Part shown: piece by piece, positions 1-9,491 of the stretch
How the letters are laid out: each line of letters opens with the position of its first letter
Position numbering within the stretch: position 1 is the first letter of the stretch
Assembly: GCA_963737655.1 (NCBI GenBank)
Contig: CAVTTN010000002.1
Span: forward strand, 3,584,001-3,648,000
Length of the DNA stretch: 64,000 nucleotides
DNA from: an uncultured Planctomycetota bacterium
Lineage (GTDB): Bacteria > Planctomycetota > Planctomycetia > Isosphaerales > Isosphaeraceae
Direction of reading: 5' to 3'
Notes under the pieces: generated by a model
The model's database searches: none
What the model was told of the DNA's origin: nothing
Seen by the model: only the letters and a program-made list of their open reading frames with translations
Translations under genes and position numbers: made by a program

Positions 1-339
1 CATACGGTGATCGTCGATGGCGAGGTCCGGTTCACCCGAGGGGGGATCGTCCATCGGCCGGGCGAGGCGGGATGACCCCGGCGCGTTGATTGCATCGTCG
101 AAACTTGACCGAATCCGGCCCTTCCCACGACTCGGGGATCGCGCAATCGGCACGATCGTCACCCTCGTTGCCTTCGCCCGAGGAATTCCCGAGGATTTCG
201 CGGATCGCCCCGGTGGCGCCGCTTGGAGGGCCGTGGCGAGTCTGCTATCGTAGTTCCATCGGGCCTCGAACCGGCCCCCATCGCACAGGACCGACCCCTC
301 TCGGATCGACGAGTCCTCTCGGCCCTCGGAGACCCCACC

Positions 340-1485
340 ATGAGACGACTCCTTCCCCGCTTCGCCGCGGCCTCGACGACGTTGCTCGCCGTCCTGATGC
401 CCGCCGCCGGGGCGAACTTCGGCCTCGGCGCCGTCGAGACGGTGTACCTGGCGCCGACCTCGTACTCCTACTCCCCGGTGGTCGCCACCTCCTACTCCTA
501 TTCGCCCGTGGTCACGACCTCGTACTCCTACTCGCCCGTGGTCTCCACGTCGTACGTGACCACGTCCGACGTGCTGGTGCCCACCGCCTACTCGACGGGC
601 TACTCCTACGTCCCCACCGCGTACTCGACGACGGCCTATGTGCCGTCCTACTCGGCGGTTCCGACGGCGGCCGTGGTCTATCCGGGCCTCTATCGCCGGG
701 GCCTCTTCGGTGGCCTCCGGCCGATCCGCCGGCCGGTGTACGAGACGGCCGCGACGTATTCGTACGAGGCGATGCCCACGACGGTCGCCTACCCGACGAC
801 GACCTCGCTCCGCCTGCCCTACGTGGCCACGGCCGCGACGGTGGCCACCGGGTTCTGCAACGAGTCTCCCGTGGCCTTCAACCCGCCGACGGGGCCAAGC
901 GACGGCGCCAGCCCGACGGGCAAGACGGTCGTCAGCTCGCCCAACACCACGAAGGGGACCGATCCGTCCTATAGCGGCCCCCGGCCCGAGACCAACAAGG
1001 CCGCCGGGGCGGTCGGCGAGATGAAGAAGGCGGACGAGGCCAAGCCGGCGGAGTCGAACGAGGGCATCGCCTCCCCTCCCGACGGCCCCGCCCCCGACGT
1101 CCGCGACCTGCCCCCTCCCGAGGACCCCAAGGAGAACCGCAAGGCGTTCCGCCCCAAGTTCACCGAGGTCAAGGCCCGCGAAGTCGCCTCGACGGCCAAC
1201 GTCCTCCGCGGCGAGGTCGTCTCCCAGGCCACCAGCAAGGGGCTGTCGAACGTCCAGGTCGTCTTCAGCGACGTCAAGGGGATCTTTGGCGATCGAAAGA
1301 AGACGACGGACAACACGGGAGCGTTCCAGGTCTACCTGCCGACGGGCGACTGGTCGATCTCGATCGTCGATACCGCGGCGATTGGAGGCCCGAAGGTCCT
1401 GAATGCCGGCCAGGTGACCTCGGCCAATGGGCAATACCTCGAAGAGGACGGCAAGCCGATCTTCGGGCTCCGCATTCACCAGTAG
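340..1485 (+). CDS. Secreted protein with Tyr/Ser/Thr/Val-rich repeats and a C-terminal carboxypeptidase-regulatory-like beta-sandwich
   Basis: ATG 340 gives signal-like MRRLLPRFAAAS...; TSYSYSPVV repeats; C-terminal LRGEVVS...TTDNTGAFQVYLPTGDWSI pattern. Confidence 0.7.
   Translation: MRRLLPRFAAASTTLLAVLMPAAGANFGLGAVETVYLAPTSYSYSPVVATSYSYSPVVTTSYSYSPVVSTSYVTTSDVLVPTAYSTGYSYVPTAYSTTAYVPSYSAVPTAAVVYPGLYRRGLFGGLRPIRRPVYETAATYSYEAMPTTVAYPTTTSLRLPYVATAATVATGFCNESPVAFNPPTGPSDGASPTGKTVVSSPNTTKGTDPSYSGPRPETNKAAGAVGEMKKADEAKPAESNEGIASPPDGPAPDVRDLPPPEDPKENRKAFRPKFTEVKAREVASTANVLRGEVVSQATSKGLSNVQVVFSDVKGIFGDRKKTTDNTGAFQVYLPTGDWSISIVDTAAIGGPKVLNAGQVTSANGQYLEEDGKPIFGLRIHQ
457..546 (+). repeat. Three tandem 30-nt in-frame repeats (TSYSYSPVVx)
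   Basis: acctcgtactcctactccccggtggtcgcc / acctcctactcctattcgcccgtggtcacg / acctcgtactcctactcgcccgtggtctcc. Confidence 0.9.
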
Positions 1486-1558
1486 GGTGCTTGAAATGCA
1501 CCATCAGGGGCGGGCGGCCCTTGTCCGCCCCGATCCTGGTGCATTTGATCAACCCCAC
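1482..1558. repeat. GTAG-type REP inverted doublet (REPIN-like), copy 1
   Basis: GTAGGGTGCTTGAAATGCACC at 1482-1502 and a degenerate inverted copy at 1538-1558. Confidence 0.7.
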
Positions 1559-1560
1559 AC

Positions 1561-2712
1561 ATGCTCGAAGATCGCCCCATCCGCGTCTGCTACGTCCTGA
1601 GCCATTTCCACCCTCGCCAGAGCGGCGCCGAGAGGCAGGCCCTGGCCCAGGGGATGGAATTGGTCCGCCGGGGGCATTCGGCCCGGGTGATCACGCGAGC
1701 GATCCCGGGCCTGCCTCGCGACGATGAAGTGGGCGGCGTCCTCATCCATCGCTGGGTCCGTGCCGTCGAGGCCGGCCCGCTGTTCGCGCTCTCCTTCGTC
1801 CTCGGGATAATCCGCGGCCTGATCCGGCTGCGCCCCCATTACGATTTGATCCACACGCATCAAGGGTTGTGGGAATCGGTGGCGACCGGGCTCGGCCGGG
1901 ACCTGTTCGGACGCGCCCCGATCCTCGTCCAGCCGGCCAGCTCCGGCTACTTCGGCGAGGCCGAGGAGATGGCCCGGACCAAGGGGTTCCCGGCCCTCCG
2001 GCGGCTCTCCCTCCGCAATCCCATGTTCGCGGCGATCTCGGCCGACATCGAACACCAGTGGCGGGCCCTGGGAGTTCCTCCCGAGAAGATGGTGAGGATG
2101 GCCAGCGGCGTGGATGCCGAGCGGTTCCGCCCCGGGCCGAGCCGGGTCGAGGACGACTTGCCCCCAGGCCCTCGGATCGTCTTCACCGGCCGGCTCCATC
2201 CTCAAAAAAATCTGGACCTCCTGCTGGATGCCTGGTCGGACGTTGCGCCGGAAGTCCCGGGGACGCTAGTGCTTGTGGGCGACGGTCCCGACCGCGAGGC
2301 GCTCGAATCGCAGGCCCGAGCCCGGGGGATCGCCGATCGGGTCGTCTTCGTCGGCCCGGTGCCCGACCCGGCCGAATACCTTCGCGCCGCGGACCTCTTC
2401 GCCCTTCCCAGCGTGGCCGAAGGGATGAGCAACTCCTTGCTGGAGGCGATGGCCACCGCCCTGCCCTGCCTCGCCTCGGACATCGGAGGCAATACCGACC
2501 TGATCACATCAGGAAGAACGGGGCTTCTGATCGCTCCGGGGGACCGCTCGGCCTGGGCCTCGGCCCTGAAAACCAGCCTGACCGATCTCGACGCTTCCCG
2601 GGCGATGGGCCGGGCAGCGCGATCCCGAATCGAGGCCGAATTCGCGTTGCCGGTCGTCGTCGATCGCTATCTAGCCCTCTATCGGCGGCTTTTGAATACG
2701 TCGGATGCATGA
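1561..2712 (+). CDS. Glycosyltransferase family 4 (GT-B)
   Basis: SGAERQ N-terminal motif, GRLHPQKN, EGMSNSLLEAMA signature. Confidence 0.92.
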   Translation: MLEDRPIRVCYVLSHFHPRQSGAERQALAQGMELVRRGHSARVITRAIPGLPRDDEVGGVLIHRWVRAVEAGPLFALSFVLGIIRGLIRLRPHYDLIHTHQGLWESVATGLGRDLFGRAPILVQPASSGYFGEAEEMARTKGFPALRRLSLRNPMFAAISADIEHQWRALGVPPEKMVRMASGVDAERFRPGPSRVEDDLPPGPRIVFTGRLHPQKNLDLLLDAWSDVAPEVPGTLVLVGDGPDREALESQARARGIADRVVFVGPVPDPAEYLRAADLFALPSVAEGMSNSLLEAMATALPCLASDIGGNTDLITSGRTGLLIAPGDRSAWASALKTSLTDLDASRAMGRAARSRIEAEFALPVVVDRYLALYRRLLNTSDA

Positions 2713-2781
2713 AATGCACCAACTTCCATCCCTTTTTCGATTCCCAAGCCAATCGAAGATGGTGCATTTCATGCACCCTAC
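2700..2781. repeat. GTAG-type REP inverted doublet (REPIN-like), copy 2
   Basis: GTCGGATGCATGAAATGCACC at 2700-2720; reverse-strand GTAGGGTGCATGAAATGCACC at 2761-2781. Confidence 0.75.
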
Positions 2782-2812
2782 GGGTGGTTCCAAAGCAAGA
2801 AATGCGCAGGGT

Positions 2813-2849
2813 GGATTCTGGAGAATCTTCGGGACGTTCTCCAGAATCC
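2813..2849. other. 13-bp inverted repeat (terminator or operator)
   Basis: ggattctggagaa...ttctccagaatcc upstream of the GntR gene. Confidence 0.45.
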
Positions 2850-2851
2850 GT

Positions 2852-2880
2852 TTGAAAATCGACCTCCAGGTCGTTAAGGT
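2852..2880 (+). promoter_or_regulatory. Putative sigma70 promoter
   Basis: TTGAAA-17 nt-TAAGGT in an AT-richer intergenic region. Confidence 0.4.
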
Positions 2881-2954
2881 AAGGTGTTAAGCCGACCCGC
2901 CAGTTGCCCGCCTGCCTCGAATCCCGCCCTCCCCCGATTCTCGGAGTCCCGCGA

Positions 2955-3698
2955 GTGTCCGTCGTGCCCTCGCCATTGCCTTTGGCCTGCGATCATGGCC
3001 TCCGTCGCGAGGCGGTGGTCAACGTCCTGGTCCGCGAGGTGGTCCAGGGCCGGATGAGGCCGGGGCAACATCTCGTCACGCGGTCCCTGGCCGATCGGTT
3101 CGGCGTCAGCCATACGCCGGTCCGCGAGGCGCTGGTGGCCCTGGCGGGGATCGGCCTGGTGGACCTGCTCCCCAATCGCGGGGCGATCGTCCGAAGGATG
3201 ACTCCGGGCGAGGTCCGCGAGATCTTGCAGGTCCGCCGGGCCCTGGAATGCGAGGCGGTCCGCGGGGCCGCCGGCCGGATGCCGAAAGACTCGCTGGACG
3301 GCCTCGCCACCGAGTTCCGATCGCTGATCGCCCGGGGGCCGTCGGCCGATTCCTCGACGATCGAGGCGGCGCAGGAGGCCGACAGCCGGCTCCACGACGC
3401 GATCGCGGCAAACTGCGGCAACGGCTTCCTCGCCAAGGAGTTGGGTCGCCTGAAGATGCTCTACCGGGCATTCCGGGACGCCTCCTGGGCCCGGGAAGTC
3501 CACCGCGACCGCCCGTCCAGGCTGGTCGAGGAAGCCGGCGAGCACCTGGCGATCGTCGAGGCCCTGCGATCGGGCGACCGGCGGGCGTCCTCGAAGGCGA
3601 TGTCGGCTCATATTCGGGCCGGAAACAAATACTGGTGTCGAGCGTTGCCCGACGACGGGCCGAAGATTGGCGATCACCGAGAGGGCCAGCCCCGATGA
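2955..3698 (+). CDS. GntR-family (FCD) transcriptional regulator
   Basis: wHTH LADRFGVSHTPVREAL; FCD-type DSRLHDAI and EHLAIVEAL; GTG 2955 after GGAG (alternative start 2904). Confidence 0.9.
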   Translation: MSVVPSPLPLACDHGLRREAVVNVLVREVVQGRMRPGQHLVTRSLADRFGVSHTPVREALVALAGIGLVDLLPNRGAIVRRMTPGEVREILQVRRALECEAVRGAAGRMPKDSLDGLATEFRSLIARGPSADSSTIEAAQEADSRLHDAIAANCGNGFLAKELGRLKMLYRAFRDASWAREVHRDRPSRLVEEAGEHLAIVEALRSGDRRASSKAMSAHIRAGNKYWCRALPDDGPKIGDHREGQPR

Positions 3699-6600
3699 TT
3701 CCGGAAACGATCCGAATTCGCGACCTCAAACGGCTCGTCGGGCTCGCGGCCCTGGCCCTGGTCCCGGGCTTGGCCCTCGCGGCCGACCCGCCGAAGAAGG
3801 TCGAGTACAACCGCGACGTCCGGCCCATCCTTTCGGAGAACTGCTTCGCCTGCCACGGCCCGGATAGCGCCTCGCGCAAGGCCGACCTCCGGCTCGACAA
3901 GCGCGAGGCCGCCCTGGAGAGCGAGGTCCTCGAGCCGGGCAAGCCGGACGAGTCCGAGCTGATCGCCCGGATCGATTCCGAGGCCGACGACCAGGTGATG
4001 CCGCCGCCGAAGACCAAGAAGACGCTCACGCCCCAGCAAAAAGACATCCTCCGCCGATGGATCGCCGAGGGGGCCGAATACCAGCCCCACTGGTCGCTGA
4101 TCGCCCCGAAGCGGCCCGAGCCGCCGGCCGTCGGCGACAACGGCTGGGTCAAGAATCCGATCGACCGCTTCGTGCTCGCCAGGCTCGAGGAAAAGGGCCT
4201 CCAGCCGGCCCCCGAGGCCAATCGCCGGACCCTCGCACGTCGCCTGAGCCTCGACCTGATCGGCCTCCCGCCGGCCCCGGCCGACGTCGAGGGGTTCGTC
4301 AACGACTCTTCGCCCGATTACTACGAAAAATACGTCGATAGGCTGCTCGCGTCCCCGCAGTGGGGCGAGCATCGCGCCCGCTACTGGCTCGACGCCGCGC
4401 GCTATGCCGACACTCACGGCATCCACTTCGACAATTATCGAGAGATGTGGTCGTACCGCGACTGGGTGATCAAGGCCCTCAACGCCAACCTGCCCTTCGA
4501 TCGGTTCGCGACCGAGCAGGTCGCCGGCGACCTCCTGCCCGACCGCACGCTCGACCAGCAGCTCGCCTCCGGGTTCAATCGCTGCAACATGACCACGAAC
4601 GAAGGCGGAGCCATCAACGAGGAATACCTCGTCCTGTACGCCCGGGACCGCACCGAGACGTTCTCGCAGGTCTTCCTCGGCCTGACCACCGGGTGCGCCG
4701 TCTGCCACGACCACAAGTTCGACCCGATCAGCCAGAAGGAGTTCTACGAACTCTCCGCCTTCTTCAACAACACCACGCAAGGGGCGATGGACGGGAACAT
4801 CGCGAACACACCGCCGACGGTGTTCGTCGCCTCGGACGCGGACCGTCCGCGATACGAGACGCTCGTGGGCGAGCTGGCCACGGCCCGCAAGGACCTGGAC
4901 GACCGCAAGGCCGCCGCCCGGCCCGAGTTCGACCGCTGGCTGGGCGCGACCTCGGCCGAAGCGTTCGCCAATCAGGTCCCGACCGACGGCCAGAAGCTCC
5001 GCGCCGGCCTGGACGACCGCGACGCCTCGACCCCGCCGAACCGGGGCGTCGGCGCGATCCTGGAACTCGCCGACTCGGGCGACTTCGAGAAGGACCAGGC
5101 GTTCTCCGTCGCTGCGTGGGTCCGGCCCGGCAATCCCGGGAAGGGGATGGCGATCGTCGCCCGGATGGACGACCAGCACGATTACCGGGGCTGGGACCTC
5201 TGGCTCGAAGACAACAAGGTCGGCACCCACATCATCAGCAAGTGGCCGGAGGACGCGCTCAAGACCGTCACCACGGAACCGCTGAAGGTGAATGAATGGT
5301 CTCACGTGCTGCTGACCTATGACGGCTCGGGCAAGGCCGCCGGGGTGAAGGTGTACGTCGACGGCGAATCGAGGCCGATGGCCGCCTCGGCCGACAAGCT
5401 CCAGAATACGATCCGGGCGAGCGTCCCGCTGAAGGTCGGCCAGAGGCACACCTCGGCGAAGCTGGAGGGGGTCCTCGTCCACGACGTCCGCGCCTTCGCC
5501 AAAAGCCTCTCGGCCGACGAGGCCGACCGCCTCGCCTCATTGACCCGCGCCGCCTATCTCGCCTCCAAGCCCGCCGACAGGAGGCCGGCCCCGGAGCTGG
5601 ATGCCCTGTTCGCCTGGTATCTCCGCTCGCAGGACGCCCCGTGGAAGGGGATCTCCGGCCGCCTGGCGAAGCTCCAGGAAGAAGAGGGCGGGATCAAGGC
5701 GCGAGGGACGGTCGGATATGTCATGCAGGAAAAAAATGAGGCCGCGATGGCCTATCTCCTGTTCCGGGGCGATTACGACAAGAGGCGCGACCCTCTGAAG
5801 GCCGGCACCCCCGACGCCCTCCCGCCGATGGCCGAGGACCTGCCGAAGAACCGGCTGGGCCTGGCGAAATGGCTCCTGAGTCCCGAGCACCCGCTCACGG
5901 CGAGAGTCACCGTCAACCGCTACTGGCAGGAGGTCTTCGGCACCGGCCTCGTCCGGACCACCGGCGATTTCGGGGTGACCGGCGATCTCCCGAGCCACCC
6001 CGAATTGCTCGACTGGCTGGCTGTCGAGTTCCGCGAATCCGGCTGGGACATCAAGCGATTCTACAAGATGATGGTCACCTCCGCGGCCTACCGCCAATCG
6101 GCGATCGCCAGCCCGGAGAAGCTCGAGAAGGACCCGCAAAACCGCTATCTCTCGCGAGGACCCAGGTTCCGGATGGACGCGGAGATGGTCCGGGATTACG
6201 CCCTGGCGGCCTCGGGCCTGCTGGTGGAGAAGCTCGGCGGCCCGAGCGTGAGGCCGTACCAGCCCGATGGCGTCTGGGAGGCCGTGGCGATGATCGGCTC
6301 GAACACCCGCGATTACAAGGCGGATTCGGGCGAGAAGCTCTATCGCCGGAGCCTCTACACGTTCTGGAAGAGGGCCGCGCCTCCCGCCTCGATGGACATC
6401 TTCAACGCCCCGGCCCGCGAGGTCTGCACCGTCCGCCGCGAGCGCACGAACACGCCGCTCCAGGCGCTCGTGACACTCAATGACACCCAGTTCGTCGAGG
6501 CCGCCAAGAAGCTGGCCGAGAAGACGCTCAAGGAAGGCGGCGACTCCGCGGAGTCCCGCGCCGCGTTCCTCGCCAATCGGCTCCTCGCCCGGCCGTTCGG

Positions 6601-6796
6601 GACCGAGGAGTGGAAGGTCGTCGAGGCGTCGCTCAAGGACCTCCTCGCGCATTACCAGGCGAACGCCGAGGACGCGAAGAAGCTCCTGGCCGTCGGCGAG
6701 GCGAAGGTGGACCCGTCGATCGACGCCCCGACCCTCGCGGCCTGGACCATGCTGGCCAACGAGCTGATGAACCTCGACGAAGCCATCAACAAGTGA
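3695..6796 (+). CDS. Planctomycete cytochrome c / DUF1549 / LamG / DUF1553 protein
   Basis: Signal peptide, CFACH and CAVCH heme motifs, WLDAARYADT, PSHPELLDWLA, TNTPLQAL; ATGA overlap with the gntR stop. Confidence 0.92.
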   Translation: MIPETIRIRDLKRLVGLAALALVPGLALAADPPKKVEYNRDVRPILSENCFACHGPDSASRKADLRLDKREAALESEVLEPGKPDESELIARIDSEADDQVMPPPKTKKTLTPQQKDILRRWIAEGAEYQPHWSLIAPKRPEPPAVGDNGWVKNPIDRFVLARLEEKGLQPAPEANRRTLARRLSLDLIGLPPAPADVEGFVNDSSPDYYEKYVDRLLASPQWGEHRARYWLDAARYADTHGIHFDNYREMWSYRDWVIKALNANLPFDRFATEQVAGDLLPDRTLDQQLASGFNRCNMTTNEGGAINEEYLVLYARDRTETFSQVFLGLTTGCAVCHDHKFDPISQKEFYELSAFFNNTTQGAMDGNIANTPPTVFVASDADRPRYETLVGELATARKDLDDRKAAARPEFDRWLGATSAEAFANQVPTDGQKLRAGLDDRDASTPPNRGVGAILELADSGDFEKDQAFSVAAWVRPGNPGKGMAIVARMDDQHDYRGWDLWLEDNKVGTHIISKWPEDALKTVTTEPLKVNEWSHVLLTYDGSGKAAGVKVYVDGESRPMAASADKLQNTIRASVPLKVGQRHTSAKLEGVLVHDVRAFAKSLSADEADRLASLTRAAYLASKPADRRPAPELDALFAWYLRSQDAPWKGISGRLAKLQEEEGGIKARGTVGYVMQEKNEAAMAYLLFRGDYDKRRDPLKAGTPDALPPMAEDLPKNRLGLAKWLLSPEHPLTARVTVNRYWQEVFGTGLVRTTGDFGVTGDLPSHPELLDWLAVEFRESGWDIKRFYKMMVTSAAYRQSAIASPEKLEKDPQNRYLSRGPRFRMDAEMVRDYALAASGLLVEKLGGPSVRPYQPDGVWEAVAMIGSNTRDYKADSGEKLYRRSLYTFWKRAAPPASMDIFNAPAREVCTVRRERTNTPLQALVTLNDTQFVEAAKKLAEKTLKEGGDSAESRAAFLANRLLARPFGTEEWKVVEASLKDLLAHYQANAEDAKKLLAVGEAKVDPSIDAPTLAAWTMLANELMNLDEAINK

Positions 6797-6846
6797 CGTC
6801 GGCCCCGGCCGGTCCTCCCGAACAGCGAATCCCGGAGACCACCTTC

Positions 6847-8301
6847 ATGAACATTTTTGACGAATATCGCAATCTCGAATCCCGTCGCCGGTTCCTGGGC
6901 AAGGGGGCCGGCGCGGTGGGCCTGGCGGCGCTGTCCTCGTTGTTCGACCGCGACAAGGTGATGGCCCGGGACGCCCAGGCGGTGCCCCCGGTCCTCAAGC
7001 AGTTCGCGCCGAAGGCCAAGCAGGTGATCTATCTGCACATGGTCGGCGGCCCCTCGCAACTGGACCTCTACGACTACAAGCCGACGATGGGCGAGTGGTT
7101 CGACAAGGACCTGCCCGACTCGGTGAGGATGGGCCAGCGTCTGACCACGATGACCTCGGGCCAGAAGCGGTTCCCGGTGGCCCCCTCGAAGTACAAATTC
7201 GCCCAGCACGGCCCGAGCGGGATGTGGATCAGCGAGTTGCTGCCCTTCACCGCGAAGATGGCCGATGACATGTGCTTCATCCGAAGCATGCACACCGAGG
7301 CGATCAATCACGAGCCGGCCATCAGCTACATGCAGACCGGCAACCAGATCACGGGCCGGCCGTGCCTGGGCTCGTGGGTCTCCTACGGCCTCGGGTCGAT
7401 GAACGAGAACCTGCCGACCTTCGTCGTCCTCGTGGCGAAGCCGTCCAACCAGGAGCAGGTCCAGGCGATCTCGGCGCGGCTCTGGTCGTCGGGCTACCTC
7501 TCGGGCGAGCACGCGGGCGTCTCCTTCCGCACCGGCGGCGATCCGATCCTTTATATCAACAACCCGCCCGGGGTGACGAAGGAGGTCCGCCGCCGGACCC
7601 TCGACGGCCTGAACGCCCTGAACGAGATGACGTATCAGAGCGTGGGCGACCCCGAGACCCACACGCGCATCCAGCAGTATGAGCTGGCCTTTCGCATGCA
7701 GTCGAGCGTGCCCGAGCTCGTGGACCTCGCCCGGGAGCCCGAGAGCGTCCATCAGCTCTACGGCCCCGACCTGAAGAAGCCCGGCAGCTTCGCCCACACC
7801 GCCTGGCTGGCCCGGAGGATGGTCGAGCGGGGCGTGCGGTTCATCCAGATCTATCACAACAACTGGGACCACCACGGCAACCTCGCCGGGCGGATGCCCG
7901 ACCAGTGCAAGGACGTGGACCAGCCCTGCTGGGGCCTCGTCCAGGACCTCAAGAGCCGCGGCCTCCTCGACGAGACCCTGGTGATCTGGGGCGGCGAGTT
8001 CGGCCGGACGATCTACTCGCAGGGCGGCCTCTCCAAGGACAATTACGGCCGGGACCACCACCCGCGATGCTTCACCATGTGGATGGCCGGCGGAGGCTCG
8101 AAGCCCGGCCAGGTCTACGGCGAGACCGACGACTTCTCCTACAACATCGTGAAGGACCCGGTCCACATCCGCGACTTCCACGCGACGGTGCTCCGGCTCC
8201 TCGGCTTCGATCACGAGCGGTTCACCTATCGCTATCAAGGGCTCGACCAGAAGCTCACGGGAGTGGAAAAGGCACGCGTCATCGATGCATTGATGGCCTG
8301 A
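6847..8301 (+). CDS. DUF1501 (sulfatase-like) protein with Tat-like leader
   Basis: SRRRFL leader, GGPSQLDLYDYKP, WDHH, GEFGRT, GRDHHP. Confidence 0.92.
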   Translation: MNIFDEYRNLESRRRFLGKGAGAVGLAALSSLFDRDKVMARDAQAVPPVLKQFAPKAKQVIYLHMVGGPSQLDLYDYKPTMGEWFDKDLPDSVRMGQRLTTMTSGQKRFPVAPSKYKFAQHGPSGMWISELLPFTAKMADDMCFIRSMHTEAINHEPAISYMQTGNQITGRPCLGSWVSYGLGSMNENLPTFVVLVAKPSNQEQVQAISARLWSSGYLSGEHAGVSFRTGGDPILYINNPPGVTKEVRRRTLDGLNALNEMTYQSVGDPETHTRIQQYELAFRMQSSVPELVDLAREPESVHQLYGPDLKKPGSFAHTAWLARRMVERGVRFIQIYHNNWDHHGNLAGRMPDQCKDVDQPCWGLVQDLKSRGLLDETLVIWGGEFGRTIYSQGGLSKDNYGRDHHPRCFTMWMAGGGSKPGQVYGETDDFSYNIVKDPVHIRDFHATVLRLLGFDHERFTYRYQGLDQKLTGVEKARVIDALMA

Positions 8302-8377
8302 TCGCCGATCCCGGGCGGTTTGCCCTCGCCCGCGTCGGCGGGCCGCCCGGGACGAATCCTAGCGAGGCGGGACGCCG

Positions 8378-9487
8378 ATGAGGCTGGACCGGATCGAACT
8401 CCGCCTCGTCGGCCTGCCCCTCGTCCGGCCGTTTCGGACGAGTTCCAGCATCAAGGACAGGATCTCTCACATCCTGATCCGCGTGATCGACGAGGACGGC
8501 GCCGAGGGCTGGGGCGAGTGTGCCAGCCCGGCCGATCCGTACTACTGTCCCGAAACCGTCGAGACCTGCTGGCACATCCTCGCGGATTTCCTGGGGCCTC
8601 TCGTCCTGGGCCGGGACTGGGCCTCGATCGATGAATTTGTGAAATTCTATGGATTGGTCAAGGGCAACAACTTCGCGAAGGCGGGGCTGGAGATGGCCTG
8701 CTGGGGCCTCCTCGCCGGTCGCGAGGGTCGGCCCCTGTCCGCGCTCCTCGGCGGGACTCGTTCGGAGGTGGCGTCGGGCGTGAGCCTGGGGATCGAGACG
8801 GACCCTGGCCGATTATTCGACTTGATCGATGGGTTCCTGGCCGAGGGGTATCGCCGGATCAAGCTGAAGATCGGGCCGGGACATGACGTCGAGCCGGTCC
8901 GCCGGGTCCGCGAGCGGTATCCCGACCTCCCCTTGCAGGTCGATGCGAATTCCGCCTATTCGCTGCGGGACGTGGAGACCCTTCGCCGCCTCGACGAATT
9001 CGGGCTGCTCCTGATCGAGCAGCCCCTTGGTCATGAGGACCTGTTCGATCACTCGCAGCTCCAACCGTTGCTGAAGACGCCGATTTGCCTCGACGAGAGC
9101 CTGCACTCGGCCGAGGACGCCCGGAAGGCTCTCGACCTCGGGGCGTGCCGGGTCGTGAACATCAAGGTCAGCCGAGTGGGCGGTCTTCTGGAGGCGAAGC
9201 GGATGCACGAGGTCTGCGAGTCGCGAGGGGTTCCGGTGTGGTGCGGCGGGATGCACGAGTTCGGCATCGGCCGGGCCGCGAACGTCGCCCTTTCCAGCCT
9301 GCCCGGGTTCCTCCTGCCCGGTGACATCTCCGGCTCGGACAAGTATTATCGCGAAGACCTCGTCGATCCGCCGATCCGAGCAAATCGCGGGCTCGTGGCC
9401 GTCCCGACGACGGCCGGCCTCGGCCACTCGCCGATCGTGGAGAGGATCGAGCGCGCCACGTCCCGCCGCCTGACCCTGGGGGGATGA
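8378..9487 (+). CDS. menC: o-succinylbenzoate synthase / N-succinylamino acid racemase (enolase superfamily)
   Basis: IKLKI, VDAN, IEQP, CLDES, NIKVSRVGG, GDISGS motifs. Confidence 0.85.
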   Translation: MRLDRIELRLVGLPLVRPFRTSSSIKDRISHILIRVIDEDGAEGWGECASPADPYYCPETVETCWHILADFLGPLVLGRDWASIDEFVKFYGLVKGNNFAKAGLEMACWGLLAGREGRPLSALLGGTRSEVASGVSLGIETDPGRLFDLIDGFLAEGYRRIKLKIGPGHDVEPVRRVRERYPDLPLQVDANSAYSLRDVETLRRLDEFGLLLIEQPLGHEDLFDHSQLQPLLKTPICLDESLHSAEDARKALDLGACRVVNIKVSRVGGLLEAKRMHEVCESRGVPVWCGGMHEFGIGRAANVALSSLPGFLLPGDISGSDKYYREDLVDPPIRANRGLVAVPTTAGLGHSPIVERIERATSRRLTLGG

Positions 9488-9491
9488 TGTC

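Noticed and set aside
457..546. Possible CRISPR array
   Set aside because: Contiguous in-frame coding repeats without spacers; no cas genes.
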